In this document: in pieces, positions 36,701 through 44,370 of the stretch | How positions within the stretch are numbered: the stretch's first letter is position 1 | How the letters are laid out: every line of letters begins with the position of its first letter | From: Quinella sp. | Lineage (GTDB): Bacteria > Bacillota > Negativicutes > Selenomonadales > Selenomonadaceae | Length of the DNA: 64,000 nucleotides | Direction of reading: 5' to 3' | Assembly: GCA_045118435.1 (NCBI GenBank) | Contig: JBGUYA010000153.1 | Location: 4,391-68,390, forward strand | The notes under the pieces: generated by a model | What the model saw: only the letters and a program-made list of their open reading frames with translations | Databases searched by the model: none | What the model was told of the DNA's origin: nothing | Program-made: the position numbers and the translations under genes

Positions 36701-36781
36701 GGCGGGTTGTTAGTCGCGACGGTTTTAACGCTGTTAGTTTTGCCTGTCATGTACGCGGCAGTTTATTTTGGAAGGAGTTAA
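33746..36781 (+). CDS. RND efflux permease (AcrB/AcrD/AcrF family)
   Basis: 1011 aa. 12-TM architecture with two large periplasmic loops and the LVDDAIIAVE motif. Confidence 0.92.
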   Translation: MIDLRNLTELSLKNKNLVWYFIVVAFVGGIFSYFALGRMEDPKFVVREMLVAAYWQGATAYEMQEQVTDKLEKKLQDIPNLDYLDSKTRPGSTMIYVRLNEEPATEQIRPTWRDVRNYCADIQSELPEGVVGPFFNDTYDEVFGSIYALTGDGFNYEELRRYSEEIRRLLLGIDDVKKVELVGVQEEVVYVEIEHVKLSELGISPQVISETLAAQNAMTPAGMVETSSDNVYLRVTGIFDDVDEIESLPINAAGRIFRLGDIAKVERRFVDPPAPKMFFNGEPAIGIAVAMEDGGNILKLGEELRGMTEKIQQELPLGLELHQVSDQPQVVKESIGVFVETLILAIVIVLAVSFASLGVRTGLVVAGCIPLVLAGTFCFMYALGIDLHKVSLGSLIIALGLLVDDAIIAVEMMSVQLERGLSRFDAACHAFNVTAKPMLTGTLITCAGFIPVAFAKGVASEFCRDMFWVVCIALLLSWIVSVMVAPLFGTYIIRVEKKPEGELYDSRFYKIFRRVLEIFLDNKILVLSGTICAFAVTIFASDFVQEEFFPPSTRPEILINLNLPEGSSMAATQAEADRFAKFLNTERDNLNNFAYYVGTDTPRFVLTINPKIEADNAAKFVITAKDDNRDELIEKIRRELEENFPLVRANIQLIQTGPPADYPIMLRVAGTDIEKVHALTAQVADLIAQDSNVVDINFDWNEKSKVVKIELDQDKLRALGVSSQAVKSMLYAEITGAKVSEFYTGDRTIDIDLRLAAADRNNLAALKNLPIYLGEAGYVPLEQIAKISFDAEYGLINRRNLKPTITVQADILSGTANDEAQKAFDATEDLRKNLPLGYSIEPGGDLEQGDKSTNHLLAMLPLVVFIIMTLLMFQLHDAKAMFLTLLTAPLGLIGVIFALIILSKPLGFVAELGVIALSGMIIRNSVILIDQIQQHEAAGESLHDAIIDSAVLRFRPIMLTAAAAVLGMLPLMMSIFWAPMAVAIAGGLLVATVLTLLVLPVMYAAVYFGRS

Positions 36782-36785
36782 AAAA

Positions 36786-38021
36786 ATGATTGAGTTTAAG
36801 GACTTCGGCATTGAGGACAACGCGCGGTATTTGGAATATCTCAAGCGTTGCATTCAAATTCCGTCCAATGCCTCGCCGATGATGGTTCTTGCCGCTAAGG
36901 AAAAGTATGATGTTCGTCGTGCTTACGTCGATAATCTTTGCTGGCAAAAGTTTTCTATTGGCGACACGGAATTTTGGGGGGCACCTGCCGGCGATTGGAA
37001 CGAAATTGATTGGCAGAAAGTTTTTGCGGCGCATGTGCCGGCGGGGACTGTCTTTAATTTGGTGCCGGAGTATTTGCTTAAGATTTGGCAACGCGAACTT
37101 GGCGCGGCGATTGAGATTGAGGAAGACCGCGACTTTTGGGATTATATTTTGTATCTTGACCGCATGAAAAATCTTGAGGGCAAAAAGTTGAAAAGCATTC
37201 GTCAAGGGCGCAATTCCTTCGAGAAAAAATATAACTACGAGATAGAAGAGATTTCGCCCAAGATTTTTGACGAGTTGCGGGCGTTTCAAACCCGGTCGGA
37301 AGAAAATCTTCAAAGCCGCGTCGACAGTGTCGAATTTGCGCAAGATGACGATTCAAATTTTCTGTTCTCACTTGAGCATTGGGACGAGCTGAAAAATTTA
37401 TTCGGCTTTGTGATTCGTGTTGACGGAAAAATTGTCGCCTACTGTTTAGACGAGCAAATTGACGAGACGCACTCAATCGCGCCCTTTGCGAAGGCTGATT
37501 ATAATTTTGTCGGCGCGAATCAATTTGCTTACTGGTACGACGCGAAGATAAATTTGGAACGCGGCATTTTGACTCAAAACATTATGGACGACGTCGGCGA
37601 AGAAAATCTGCGTTTCTTCAAGGAGCATTTGTATCCGCTCGTCATGATGAAAAAATTTATCGTGACATACACGGGCGCGGAAGAATTGCCAATCGTCGAG
37701 ACGCGCGAGGAGCACGGTTTAAAAATTTCCTGTGAGCGACTCAAAAAAGATTTGACGATAAAACTTTCGGGCAAGCTCAACACGGACGCGGCGAACACTT
37801 CAAAGGATAAAATCTTGGCGGCACTCGACGGCGCGGAGAAAGTTCTCTTCGACTTGGACGGCTTGGAATATATTTCTTCGTCGGGCTTGAGAATTTTGGT
37901 TGCGGCATTTAAAAAAGTCAAAGCGCAGGGCGGCACGATGACGATTAAAAATATCGGCGAGCAAGTCAAAGAGGTTTTGGACATGACGGGTTTCGCGCAG
38001 ATTTTCAACCTGGAGGAATAA
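36786..38021 (+). CDS. Fusion protein: DUF2156-like (lysyl-PG-synthase C-terminal/GNAT-like) domain plus C-terminal STAS anti-sigma-antagonist domain
   Basis: ATG at 36786 (ORF 36768..38021) with GGAAGGAG upstream. The C-terminal ~105 aa LTIKLSGKLNTDAAN...VLFDLDGLEYISSSGLRILVAAFKKVKAQGGTMTIKNIGEQVKEVLDMTGF is a clear SpoIIAA/RsbV-type STAS with the SSG phospho-site context. The N-terminal assignment is weaker. Confidence 0.65.
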   Translation: MIEFKDFGIEDNARYLEYLKRCIQIPSNASPMMVLAAKEKYDVRRAYVDNLCWQKFSIGDTEFWGAPAGDWNEIDWQKVFAAHVPAGTVFNLVPEYLLKIWQRELGAAIEIEEDRDFWDYILYLDRMKNLEGKKLKSIRQGRNSFEKKYNYEIEEISPKIFDELRAFQTRSEENLQSRVDSVEFAQDDDSNFLFSLEHWDELKNLFGFVIRVDGKIVAYCLDEQIDETHSIAPFAKADYNFVGANQFAYWYDAKINLERGILTQNIMDDVGEENLRFFKEHLYPLVMMKKFIVTYTGAEELPIVETREEHGLKISCERLKKDLTIKLSGKLNTDAANTSKDKILAALDGAEKVLFDLDGLEYISSSGLRILVAAFKKVKAQGGTMTIKNIGEQVKEVLDMTGFAQIFNLEE

Positions 38022-38024
38022 GCT

Positions 38025-39380
38025 TTGCGGGAAGATTTTTTCTCAACAATCGGCGAGATTGTCAAGTACGGCGGCTCGACGTTCGCGGCTTTAGTCGCAA
38101 TGAGCATTTACACGACGACCGACGGCTTGTTTATCGGCAACTGGGTCGGCACTGACGGCTTGGAGGCTATGGCGTTGGTTTATCCCGTCACGATGATTTT
38201 TATGGCACTTTCCACGCTCTTTGAAACGGGCGGCTCGGCGGTCGTCTCTCAAATAATCGGCGATAACAAAAAAGCTCTCGCTGAAAAAGTCATGCGGAGC
38301 AATTACGTTTGCGCGTTCGTCGTCGGGATAATAATCGCGGTCGTCGGCAACATTTTTATCGAGCCGTTGCTTCAAGTCCTTGTCACCAGTGCCGACGAAC
38401 AACACATAGTCGACTTGGCAATTTCCTTCCTGCGAATAAGTTTTTGCGGGTTGCCGTTCCTGCTGACGGTTTACTTGACGGGCGCATTTATGCGTTGTAT
38501 CGAAAAGCCGGCGCATGTCTTTTATCTCGTCGGCTTAACGTCGCTTGCGAACATAATCTTGGACGCGCTGTTTATAATCGGGTTTGGCTGGGGAATGCAG
38601 GGCGCGGCGTTCGCAACGGTCTTGGCGCAAATTATCGGCACGGCAATTTCTTTATGGTACTTCAAATTTTCGCCGCAAAAATTCACAACGTCGTGGAGCT
38701 TGGCAAGTCTCGAATACATTTGGCAGGAGGTCAAAATCGGCGCGGGCTTTGCCATCTCAACGTTGATGATGTGCTTTATCGAATACTTCATGAACGCGAC
38801 GCTTTTAAACTACGACGCGCCCCGACTGCTTGCGGCGGCGACAATCGCTAACATAATCTTGACGTTCGTCTATCTGCCGCTGAGCGGCTTGGACACGGGC
38901 ATACAACCGCTAATCAGCCGACTTTTCGCCGCGCATAAGGAGCAACATTATCTGCGGGTCATGCGCTACGGCTTTTTCTTGACAATGATTTTGACGTTTG
39001 CGATTTATGCGGTGCTAATGATTTTCACGGAGGAATTGATGAACGTCTTCATTGCGGAGGGCGAGCCGGTCACCGCCGAAATGCTAACTTTCCTGCGAAT
39101 GATGTTCCTGCTTCAACCATTTGTCGGAATTGCGACTTGGCTCAGCGGAATCATGGCGGCGTTGGAGGACGAGTGGCGCAACTTTGTTATAGCGTTATTG
39201 CCGCTTGTCGTGCAAGTGCCGTTGATTTGGTTCTTGCCTAAGTTCTTGCCGATAGAATTTATCGGATTAAATTATTCCGTTAATGACGTTGCGGAAGCGG
39301 CGGTTGCGTTCCTGCTGATTCGGTCTTTCCTGCGTTCGCACGGAATTTCGTTTAAGAAAATTTTTGCACAAAGGAGCTGA
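38025..39380 (+). CDS. MATE-family efflux transporter
   Basis: 451 aa, 12 TM. TTDGLFIGNWVGTDGLEAMALVYP and duplicated 6-TM halves. Confidence 0.85.
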   Translation: MREDFFSTIGEIVKYGGSTFAALVAMSIYTTTDGLFIGNWVGTDGLEAMALVYPVTMIFMALSTLFETGGSAVVSQIIGDNKKALAEKVMRSNYVCAFVVGIIIAVVGNIFIEPLLQVLVTSADEQHIVDLAISFLRISFCGLPFLLTVYLTGAFMRCIEKPAHVFYLVGLTSLANIILDALFIIGFGWGMQGAAFATVLAQIIGTAISLWYFKFSPQKFTTSWSLASLEYIWQEVKIGAGFAISTLMMCFIEYFMNATLLNYDAPRLLAAATIANIILTFVYLPLSGLDTGIQPLISRLFAAHKEQHYLRVMRYGFFLTMILTFAIYAVLMIFTEELMNVFIAEGEPVTAEMLTFLRMMFLLQPFVGIATWLSGIMAALEDEWRNFVIALLPLVVQVPLIWFLPKFLPIEFIGLNYSVNDVAEAAVAFLLIRSFLRSHGISFKKIFAQRS

Positions 39381-39385
39381 TTTGT

Positions 39386-39697
39386 TTGGAAAATTTTAGC
39401 GTGGCGATAAGTTTCAAGGGCAGCTTGGGTTGGGTTGAGTATGACGAGGCGGCAAAAAAAGTTGTCGTGACTTTGGGTGACGACGAGGGCAAAGCTCTTG
39501 CCGAAAAGTTTTTGACGACGCCGCACAAAATTAAAATCCCCCATGAAACGCTGTTGGACTTCACAGAGGAGGATATTGACCCGAACTTGAGCGCGGAGAA
39601 TTTGAAATTGGTTTTGACGCGGCTTTGGGAGTCTACGTGCGTTCATGTCGATTGGAGCCGCCCCGTCGAGTACGTCAAAGCTCATCCTCATTATTGA
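39386..39697 (+). CDS. Hypothetical protein (103 aa)
   Basis: ORF with a TTG start 5 nt after the MATE stop. No family recognised. Confidence 0.45.
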   Translation: MENFSVAISFKGSLGWVEYDEAAKKVVVTLGDDEGKALAEKFLTTPHKIKIPHETLLDFTEEDIDPNLSAENLKLVLTRLWESTCVHVDWSRPVEYVKAHPHY

Positions 39698-39728
39698 TTA
39701 GGGACTAGTTGAGTTAGGAGGAATTTTT

Positions 39729-39938
39729 ATGGCGACTTACGACAGCTGCCCGAAATGCGGGCGTACTGATTTTGGCGTGATTTATCATTGCGACCGTTGC
39801 GGCATGGAATTTTGCGCCAAATGCGTAGGCAAACGCACTTTGCCCGACGGCACCAAATACGAATGCTGCCCCCGTTGCGGCGCGGAAGTTGACGAAGACG
39901 AAGACAGCGTCCGCATTGTTGCCAAACAAAAAAGGTAG
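39729..39938 (+). CDS. Small zinc-ribbon protein with four CxxC pairs (69 aa)
   Basis: AGGAGGA upstream. CPKCG...CDRCG...CAKC...CCPRCG, followed by an acidic tail. Confidence 0.55.
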   Translation: MATYDSCPKCGRTDFGVIYHCDRCGMEFCAKCVGKRTLPDGTKYECCPRCGAEVDEDEDSVRIVAKQKR

Positions 39939-39950
39939 GAGGGAATTTTT

Positions 39951-40538
39951 GTGGCGAACAATAAAATTTATGCGTTACTCGGACCGCACACGTCGGGCAA
40001 GTCGACGATGGTTTCTCAGCTCGTGTCAATGGGAATCCATTATATTCCGACGATAACCACGCGCGTTTTCGACGACCGCTACGCCTACAAGCGCAAACTC
40101 TACAAGTCCGTTAAAAGCAAAGACTACGAAAACGAAAAATATATCGTCAACGTGACGTATCAAGCGCAGTCTTACGGCTTGCGCAAGGCGGACGTGCTCG
40201 ACGCTTACCAGAATCACAAAATCTCCGTCGCGATTATGCAGGACGTGGCGGGCATTAAGCAGCTGACGAAATTTATCAATCAAGACCTTGTGACGATTTT
40301 TTTAATGATTAATGACGATGTTTTTGTTGACCGAATGCTCCGCGCGGGTTGCTCGAACGACGAGATAAGATATTACGTTGAGACGGCGGAGGAGACGGGC
40401 GAGTTTGATCATTGGCGCGACGTTGATTTTGTCGTCAAAAACACATCGACAGCCCGCGCCGCGCTCGAACAAATTTTGGCGATAATGGGACTGGTGACGC
40501 TCGTGCCGCAAGCCGACTTCGATTTTCTTGTTAGATAA
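39951..40538 (+). CDS. P-loop NTPase, divergent guanylate-kinase-like protein
   Basis: 195 aa. LLGPHTSGKSTMV Walker A, then IPTITTR as in guanylate kinase SHTTR, but it lacks the usual GMP-binding RxxExxGxxY region. Confidence 0.5.
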   Translation: MANNKIYALLGPHTSGKSTMVSQLVSMGIHYIPTITTRVFDDRYAYKRKLYKSVKSKDYENEKYIVNVTYQAQSYGLRKADVLDAYQNHKISVAIMQDVAGIKQLTKFINQDLVTIFLMINDDVFVDRMLRAGCSNDEIRYYVETAEETGEFDHWRDVDFVVKNTSTARAALEQILAIMGLVTLVPQADFDFLVR

Positions 40539-41313
40539 AAAGCCGCGTCAACATCAAAAATTTTAGGAAGTCGAATCGCTTTAGGACGGCGGAAATTTTT
40601 TCTTCGACTCGCAAATCATCTGCGCGGAAAAAAATTCCCGTGACAGTGCCGGAGTGAGCAACGTTGACCGCGACGGCGTTCAAAGTTTTTGCAAAGTTCA
40701 TAAGTTCTTCAAGCCCGCGCTTGGGCAAAACCTTTTGATTAGCCAGCGCGGATTTTTTTATGAGTTCAAAGTTAATCGCGTCGTCGAGTGTCGGGAAAAT
40801 GAAATCACTGCGGCAGTTGAGCTTGAGCGTATCGACTTCGCCGCCGTAATCGAACACCGCGATTAAAAATTTCTCGCGCACTCGAATTTTTTTTATAAAT
40901 TGCCCGGTCAGCGGATTCATTGCGACGACGCCCGAATAAAAAATTCCGTCGGTCGGCTCAATAACCGCGCAGAGTCTTCCGAGTTCGTCGGGCGAAAAAT
41001 TTTTCCCAAGCGACTTCGCAACAGCCAATGCAACCGCCGACAAATCTGCCGAAGATGACGCCATACCCTTGCCACGTGGCAACTCCGAAGTCAATCGCAC
41101 TCCAAAATTAAAATCCGTCGCGTCGAAAATTTTTAGAACTTTATCGAGCATTACCAGAGATTTTTCGCCGAGACCTTCGACGCCCGCGAACTCGTCGGAG
41201 ATTGTGACCGTCGAAAACTTTTCAATCGGGCAAGTGATAAGAATCGGCTCGCCGCAGTAAAAACCTTGAGCCAACTCGCCGCATGTCCCGCGCATTTTTA
41301 CAACTAATCTCAT
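40531..41313 (-). CDS. GHMP-family kinase, L-threonine kinase (PduX-like) of cobalamin biosynthesis
   Basis: I trimmed ORF 40531..41685 to the ATG at 41313, which forms an ATGA overlap with the cobS stop. GTCGELAQG, and the GHMP motif LPRGKGMASSSADLSA. Confidence 0.65.
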   Translation of the reverse strand: MRLVVKMRGTCGELAQGFYCGEPILITCPIEKFSTVTISDEFAGVEGLGEKSLVMLDKVLKIFDATDFNFGVRLTSELPRGKGMASSSADLSAVALAVAKSLGKNFSPDELGRLCAVIEPTDGIFYSGVVAMNPLTGQFIKKIRVREKFLIAVFDYGGEVDTLKLNCRSDFIFPTLDDAINFELIKKSALANQKVLPKRGLEELMNFAKTLNAVAVNVAHSGTVTGIFFRADDLRVEEKISAVLKRFDFLKFLMLTRLFI

Positions 41314-42098
41314 CGCAAATAATTTCCTATCAGCAAAAAGGTTATCAACGAAAACATTTCGGTAAGCGTCGTGATTGCGCCGTAAATGTCGCCCGTGACT
41401 CCGCCGATTTTTTCCGTCGAGAAACAGGCAAATTTTATTGTCACAATTAAAGCTACGCAACTTGCCGCCGCCGCGCAGATTAAAAATATTTCGCTGACAA
41501 ACATTAGCGGGAGCAACAATAAAATCGTCTCGCCCGCCGCAAAAATTATCGTGCGTCGCGTCGTGAACTGCGCGAAGGCTTTGCCCATGCCGGATTGCCG
41601 CGCGTAGGGAAATGCGCCGATTGTAACGACCATCATTAGCCGCGCGATTATCGGCGCAGAATAAATCGCCGAGCACAGCCACCACGTCGACAGCAACGCC
41701 AATTCAATCAGCGTAGAAATTTCTAACGCCGCGACTAAAATCATGCTCACAACGCCGAACGCGCCCGCCCGACTGTCTTTCATTATCTCCAGAATTTTTT
41801 CGCGCTCGCGCCCCGAAAACAATCCGTCCGCCGAATCCATTAGACCGTCGCAATGGATGCCGCCCGTCAAAATTATCATCGCCGCAAAGCCGACTGCGCC
41901 CGTGAATAGCGGCAAGTTCAAAAAGCTTATCGTGCCTACAATCGCCGCATAAAAAATCCCAAGTATCGCGCCGACTGCAGGAAAAAATTTCACCGACTCG
42001 CCGAAACTCTGCTCCGTCCAAACGCTCTGCTTGACGACAAAAATCCTCGTCAGGAATTGTAACCCGATTAAAAACGAATTCATAAACATCTCAAACAA
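41310..42098 (-). CDS. cobS: Adenosylcobinamide-GDP ribazoletransferase (cobalamin synthase)
   Basis: 262 aa polytopic protein. FLTRIFV, FFPAVGAILG and GGIHCDGLMDSADG. Confidence 0.88.
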   Translation of the reverse strand: MFEMFMNSFLIGLQFLTRIFVVKQSVWTEQSFGESVKFFPAVGAILGIFYAAIVGTISFLNLPLFTGAVGFAAMIILTGGIHCDGLMDSADGLFSGREREKILEIMKDSRAGAFGVVSMILVAALEISTLIELALLSTWWLCSAIYSAPIIARLMMVVTIGAFPYARQSGMGKAFAQFTTRRTIIFAAGETILLLLPLMFVSEIFLICAAAASCVALIVTIKFACFSTEKIGGVTGDIYGAITTLTEMFSLITFLLIGNYLR

Positions 42099-42112
42099 AA
42101 ATTAGTAGAGGT

Positions 42113-42231
42113 TTGCTTAAACCCGGGCGCACAGGACGTGCGCCCGCCGGCAATAAAAACAGGGATGTTTTTTTTGCCGGTCAAACGCCCTTTCTTTGCA
42201 TACTTTCTTTGGGCGCAGCAAAGAAAGTATG
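42113..42231 (-). repeat. Copy C of the three-copy structured intergenic element (reverse orientation, same sense as flanking genes)
   Basis: The reverse complement reads CATACTTTCTTTG-ctgcgcc-CAAAGAAAGTATG, CAAAGAAAG, GGGCGT, then an ACCGGCAA...TTGCCGG hairpin and GGGCGCAC-gtcct-GTGCGCCC. Confidence 0.7.
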
Positions 42232-42240
42232 AAAAACCAG

Positions 42241-42690
42241 CTACCAACGTAACTTCCTCTGCCAGGCGAGCAAATCTTTTTTACCGAGAGGCAAGTCAAT
42301 CGATTGCCCGTTGTCATAAAAAATTTTTACGCGAATTTCTTTAGCCAAAAGCAAATCCTTCAAACTCGACTTGGGGAAATGTAAAAACAATTTATTTTCA
42401 TTGCGCCAACCTTTGCGCGTCTGCTTGGTAACCGCGTCAATTTCCCAAGGTGCGCCGTCCGTGAAAACAATCGCCTTGTTGAGGAGCCGCGCGTTGTCAT
42501 AACGATAATCCCAAAGGCTCAGCGTTGCACTTTCCCAGTTACCGTCGCCGTCGCGAGCAACTTGAAATTCAAGCACCGCATATTTGTCAAGCGTCTCCGC
42601 CGCGCGGTGATCGTGGTGCCAAGTGTAACTCGCGCCGAATATTCCCAAAAGAATCAGCAACACTCCGACCCCCATCAAAATTTTTTGCAT
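42241..42690 (-). CDS. Hypothetical membrane-anchored protein (149 aa)
   Basis: N-terminal TM helix (ILMGVGVLLILLGIFGASY) and a Trp-rich soluble domain. No family recognised. Confidence 0.5.
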   Translation of the reverse strand: MQKILMGVGVLLILLGIFGASYTWHHDHRAAETLDKYAVLEFQVARDGDGNWESATLSLWDYRYDNARLLNKAIVFTDGAPWEIDAVTKQTRKGWRNENKLFLHFPKSSLKDLLLAKEIRVKIFYDNGQSIDLPLGKKDLLAWQRKLRW

Positions 42691-42784
42691 AGCCGACCTC
42701 CGCTTTACTTTACATTTTGCTTGCGCTTATAGTACAATATCTTCGCAGTATTTTTCAATAATTTTTTCGGGGGGAGTCCTGTGT

Positions 42785-43165
42785 ATGCTTAGACCGCGTT
42801 TTGAAGACGAAGAAGAAGTTTATATTCCTGAAATAGGCGAAGAAGAATCCGATTTTAATGTTCATGACCGAATTCCGCACTCGAACGCCGGCATTGCGCT
42901 GGGCTGGTCGGCGTTGGAACAACAAATGTTCGACATGCTCCTTTTGAATCGCTTTGCCGCCGACGATCAGGAATTGCTCGACGAGACGGCGCGTACCATT
43001 GCCCGCTTGGTTGAAACTTTCGAGGCGCACGAGATCGCCCGAATCATGGCGGTTGCGATGATGTCCTTTCAACTTGCCGCCTCTGAGGATAAATCTTTTG
43101 AAGACGAATACAACAAGTACCGCGAATACATTAAGAAGCACCCTGAAGATTTGGAAGAGATTTGA
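42785..43165 (+). CDS. Hypothetical acidic protein (126 aa)
   Basis: ORF with coding-like composition. No family recognised. Confidence 0.45.
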   Translation: MLRPRFEDEEEVYIPEIGEEESDFNVHDRIPHSNAGIALGWSALEQQMFDMLLLNRFAADDQELLDETARTIARLVETFEAHEIARIMAVAMMSFQLAASEDKSFEDEYNKYREYIKKHPEDLEEI

Positions 43166-43213
43166 GCAACGAAAAATTTTAAACGCCGCCGAAATCTGCG
43201 CGGCTTAATTTTT

Positions 43214-44359
43214 TTGGGAGGAATGACTTTGAACTTAAGAGAAAAATTCTCGGAGCTACTCGACAACACGCGCGTCACGGAAAATTTCGGTGTCAGTGGC
43301 AATATTTTAATCGTAAATTCTCTCGCCGTCATGATGAAGGCGAACGTCTACATTGTCGCCGAAAATGATTTGCACATTTACGTTCGCTTGTTCAAAAGCT
43401 GGGGCTTGAACGTGCGCAAGGTCGTTTGCTTTTTTCCCAAAGACTTTCAAAAAGTCGACGACGTGGAAATCATTTCACCCGCCGATTTGCCGAACGACAA
43501 CACTCCGAATAAATTTCTGTATGTATTCAAGGCGGACTACAACGTCGATAAGCCGGAGGAATTTTGGAGCAAATTCAGTAAAATATTTTCCGCGTTCGGA
43601 ATTTACTACGTTGAGCCCGGCGACAAACTGGCGATGAGTTTCAACTTTCCCAACTACGATGTAAACAGCCTTCATTATTACCAGTCTCACAAAAAGGATT
43701 TGCTTGAGCTTTTTGATTCGCTTGCTGACGAAACTTCCAAGCAGACTTTGTATTATTACGTCGAAACTTATTTGCGCAACACCGTTTATAAGGGCGAACA
43801 TACCGCCACGCGTTGGAAATATTTTTTCGGCAGAGAACATGAACGGCTTTACAAACATCTCGACGGCGGCGAGTGTTGGATTAATTGCGGCGCGAATGTC
43901 GGCGACACGATTTTTGCTTATTTTGCTTTTGACTTCAAGCCCAAGAAAATTTATGCGTTCGAGGGAGATAAAGCAGTTTATGACGGCATGTTGACCACTT
44001 TGGAATTATTGCCGCCCGATAAGCGTGAACTCGTCGAGCCGATTAACCAAATGATTGACGAGACGACCGACTTTGAAAAAATTTTGGCGGGCAACAAGTG
44101 CACACTCCTCAACGCCGACATTGAGGGCGCGGAACTTTCTTTGCTCCACTCCATGAAAAATATTATTCAAGCCGACCGCCCCGTTATGGCGATTTGCGTC
44201 TATCATTTCAAGGAAGACCTGCTGACTGTGCCGCAATTCATTCAGTCTATTTGCCCCGATTACTTTTATTATCTCAGAAAATACACTTCTTATATCGGGC
44301 ATTGGAGACACGTCGGCGAGATGACTTTTTATGCTGTTCCTAAAGAACGTATGCTGTAG
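43214..44359 (+). CDS. FkbM-family SAM-dependent methyltransferase
   Basis: 381 aa. WINCGANVGDTIFAYF (SAM-binding glycine loop), KIYAFEGD and LLNADIEGAEL. The start is ambiguous (TTG 43214, ATG 43223, TTG 43229). Confidence 0.65.
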   Translation: MGGMTLNLREKFSELLDNTRVTENFGVSGNILIVNSLAVMMKANVYIVAENDLHIYVRLFKSWGLNVRKVVCFFPKDFQKVDDVEIISPADLPNDNTPNKFLYVFKADYNVDKPEEFWSKFSKIFSAFGIYYVEPGDKLAMSFNFPNYDVNSLHYYQSHKKDLLELFDSLADETSKQTLYYYVETYLRNTVYKGEHTATRWKYFFGREHERLYKHLDGGECWINCGANVGDTIFAYFAFDFKPKKIYAFEGDKAVYDGMLTTLELLPPDKRELVEPINQMIDETTDFEKILAGNKCTLLNADIEGAELSLLHSMKNIIQADRPVMAICVYHFKEDLLTVPQFIQSICPDYFYYLRKYTSYIGHWRHVGEMTFYAVPKERML

Positions 44360-44370
44360 GAGGAAAGTTT

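Noticed and set aside
40531-41685. Full 384-aa version of the minus-strand ORF
   Set aside because: Its upstream 124 codons overlap cobS in another frame and are Arg-rich nonsense. The GHMP kinase homology begins at the ATG at 41313, which forms an ATGA overlap with the cobS stop.
42099-42240. Cobalamin riboswitch in the cobS leader
   Set aside because: The leader is occupied by copy C of the repeated element. No B12-box-like GCCACTG core is present, and the same element also precedes genes unrelated to cobalamin.
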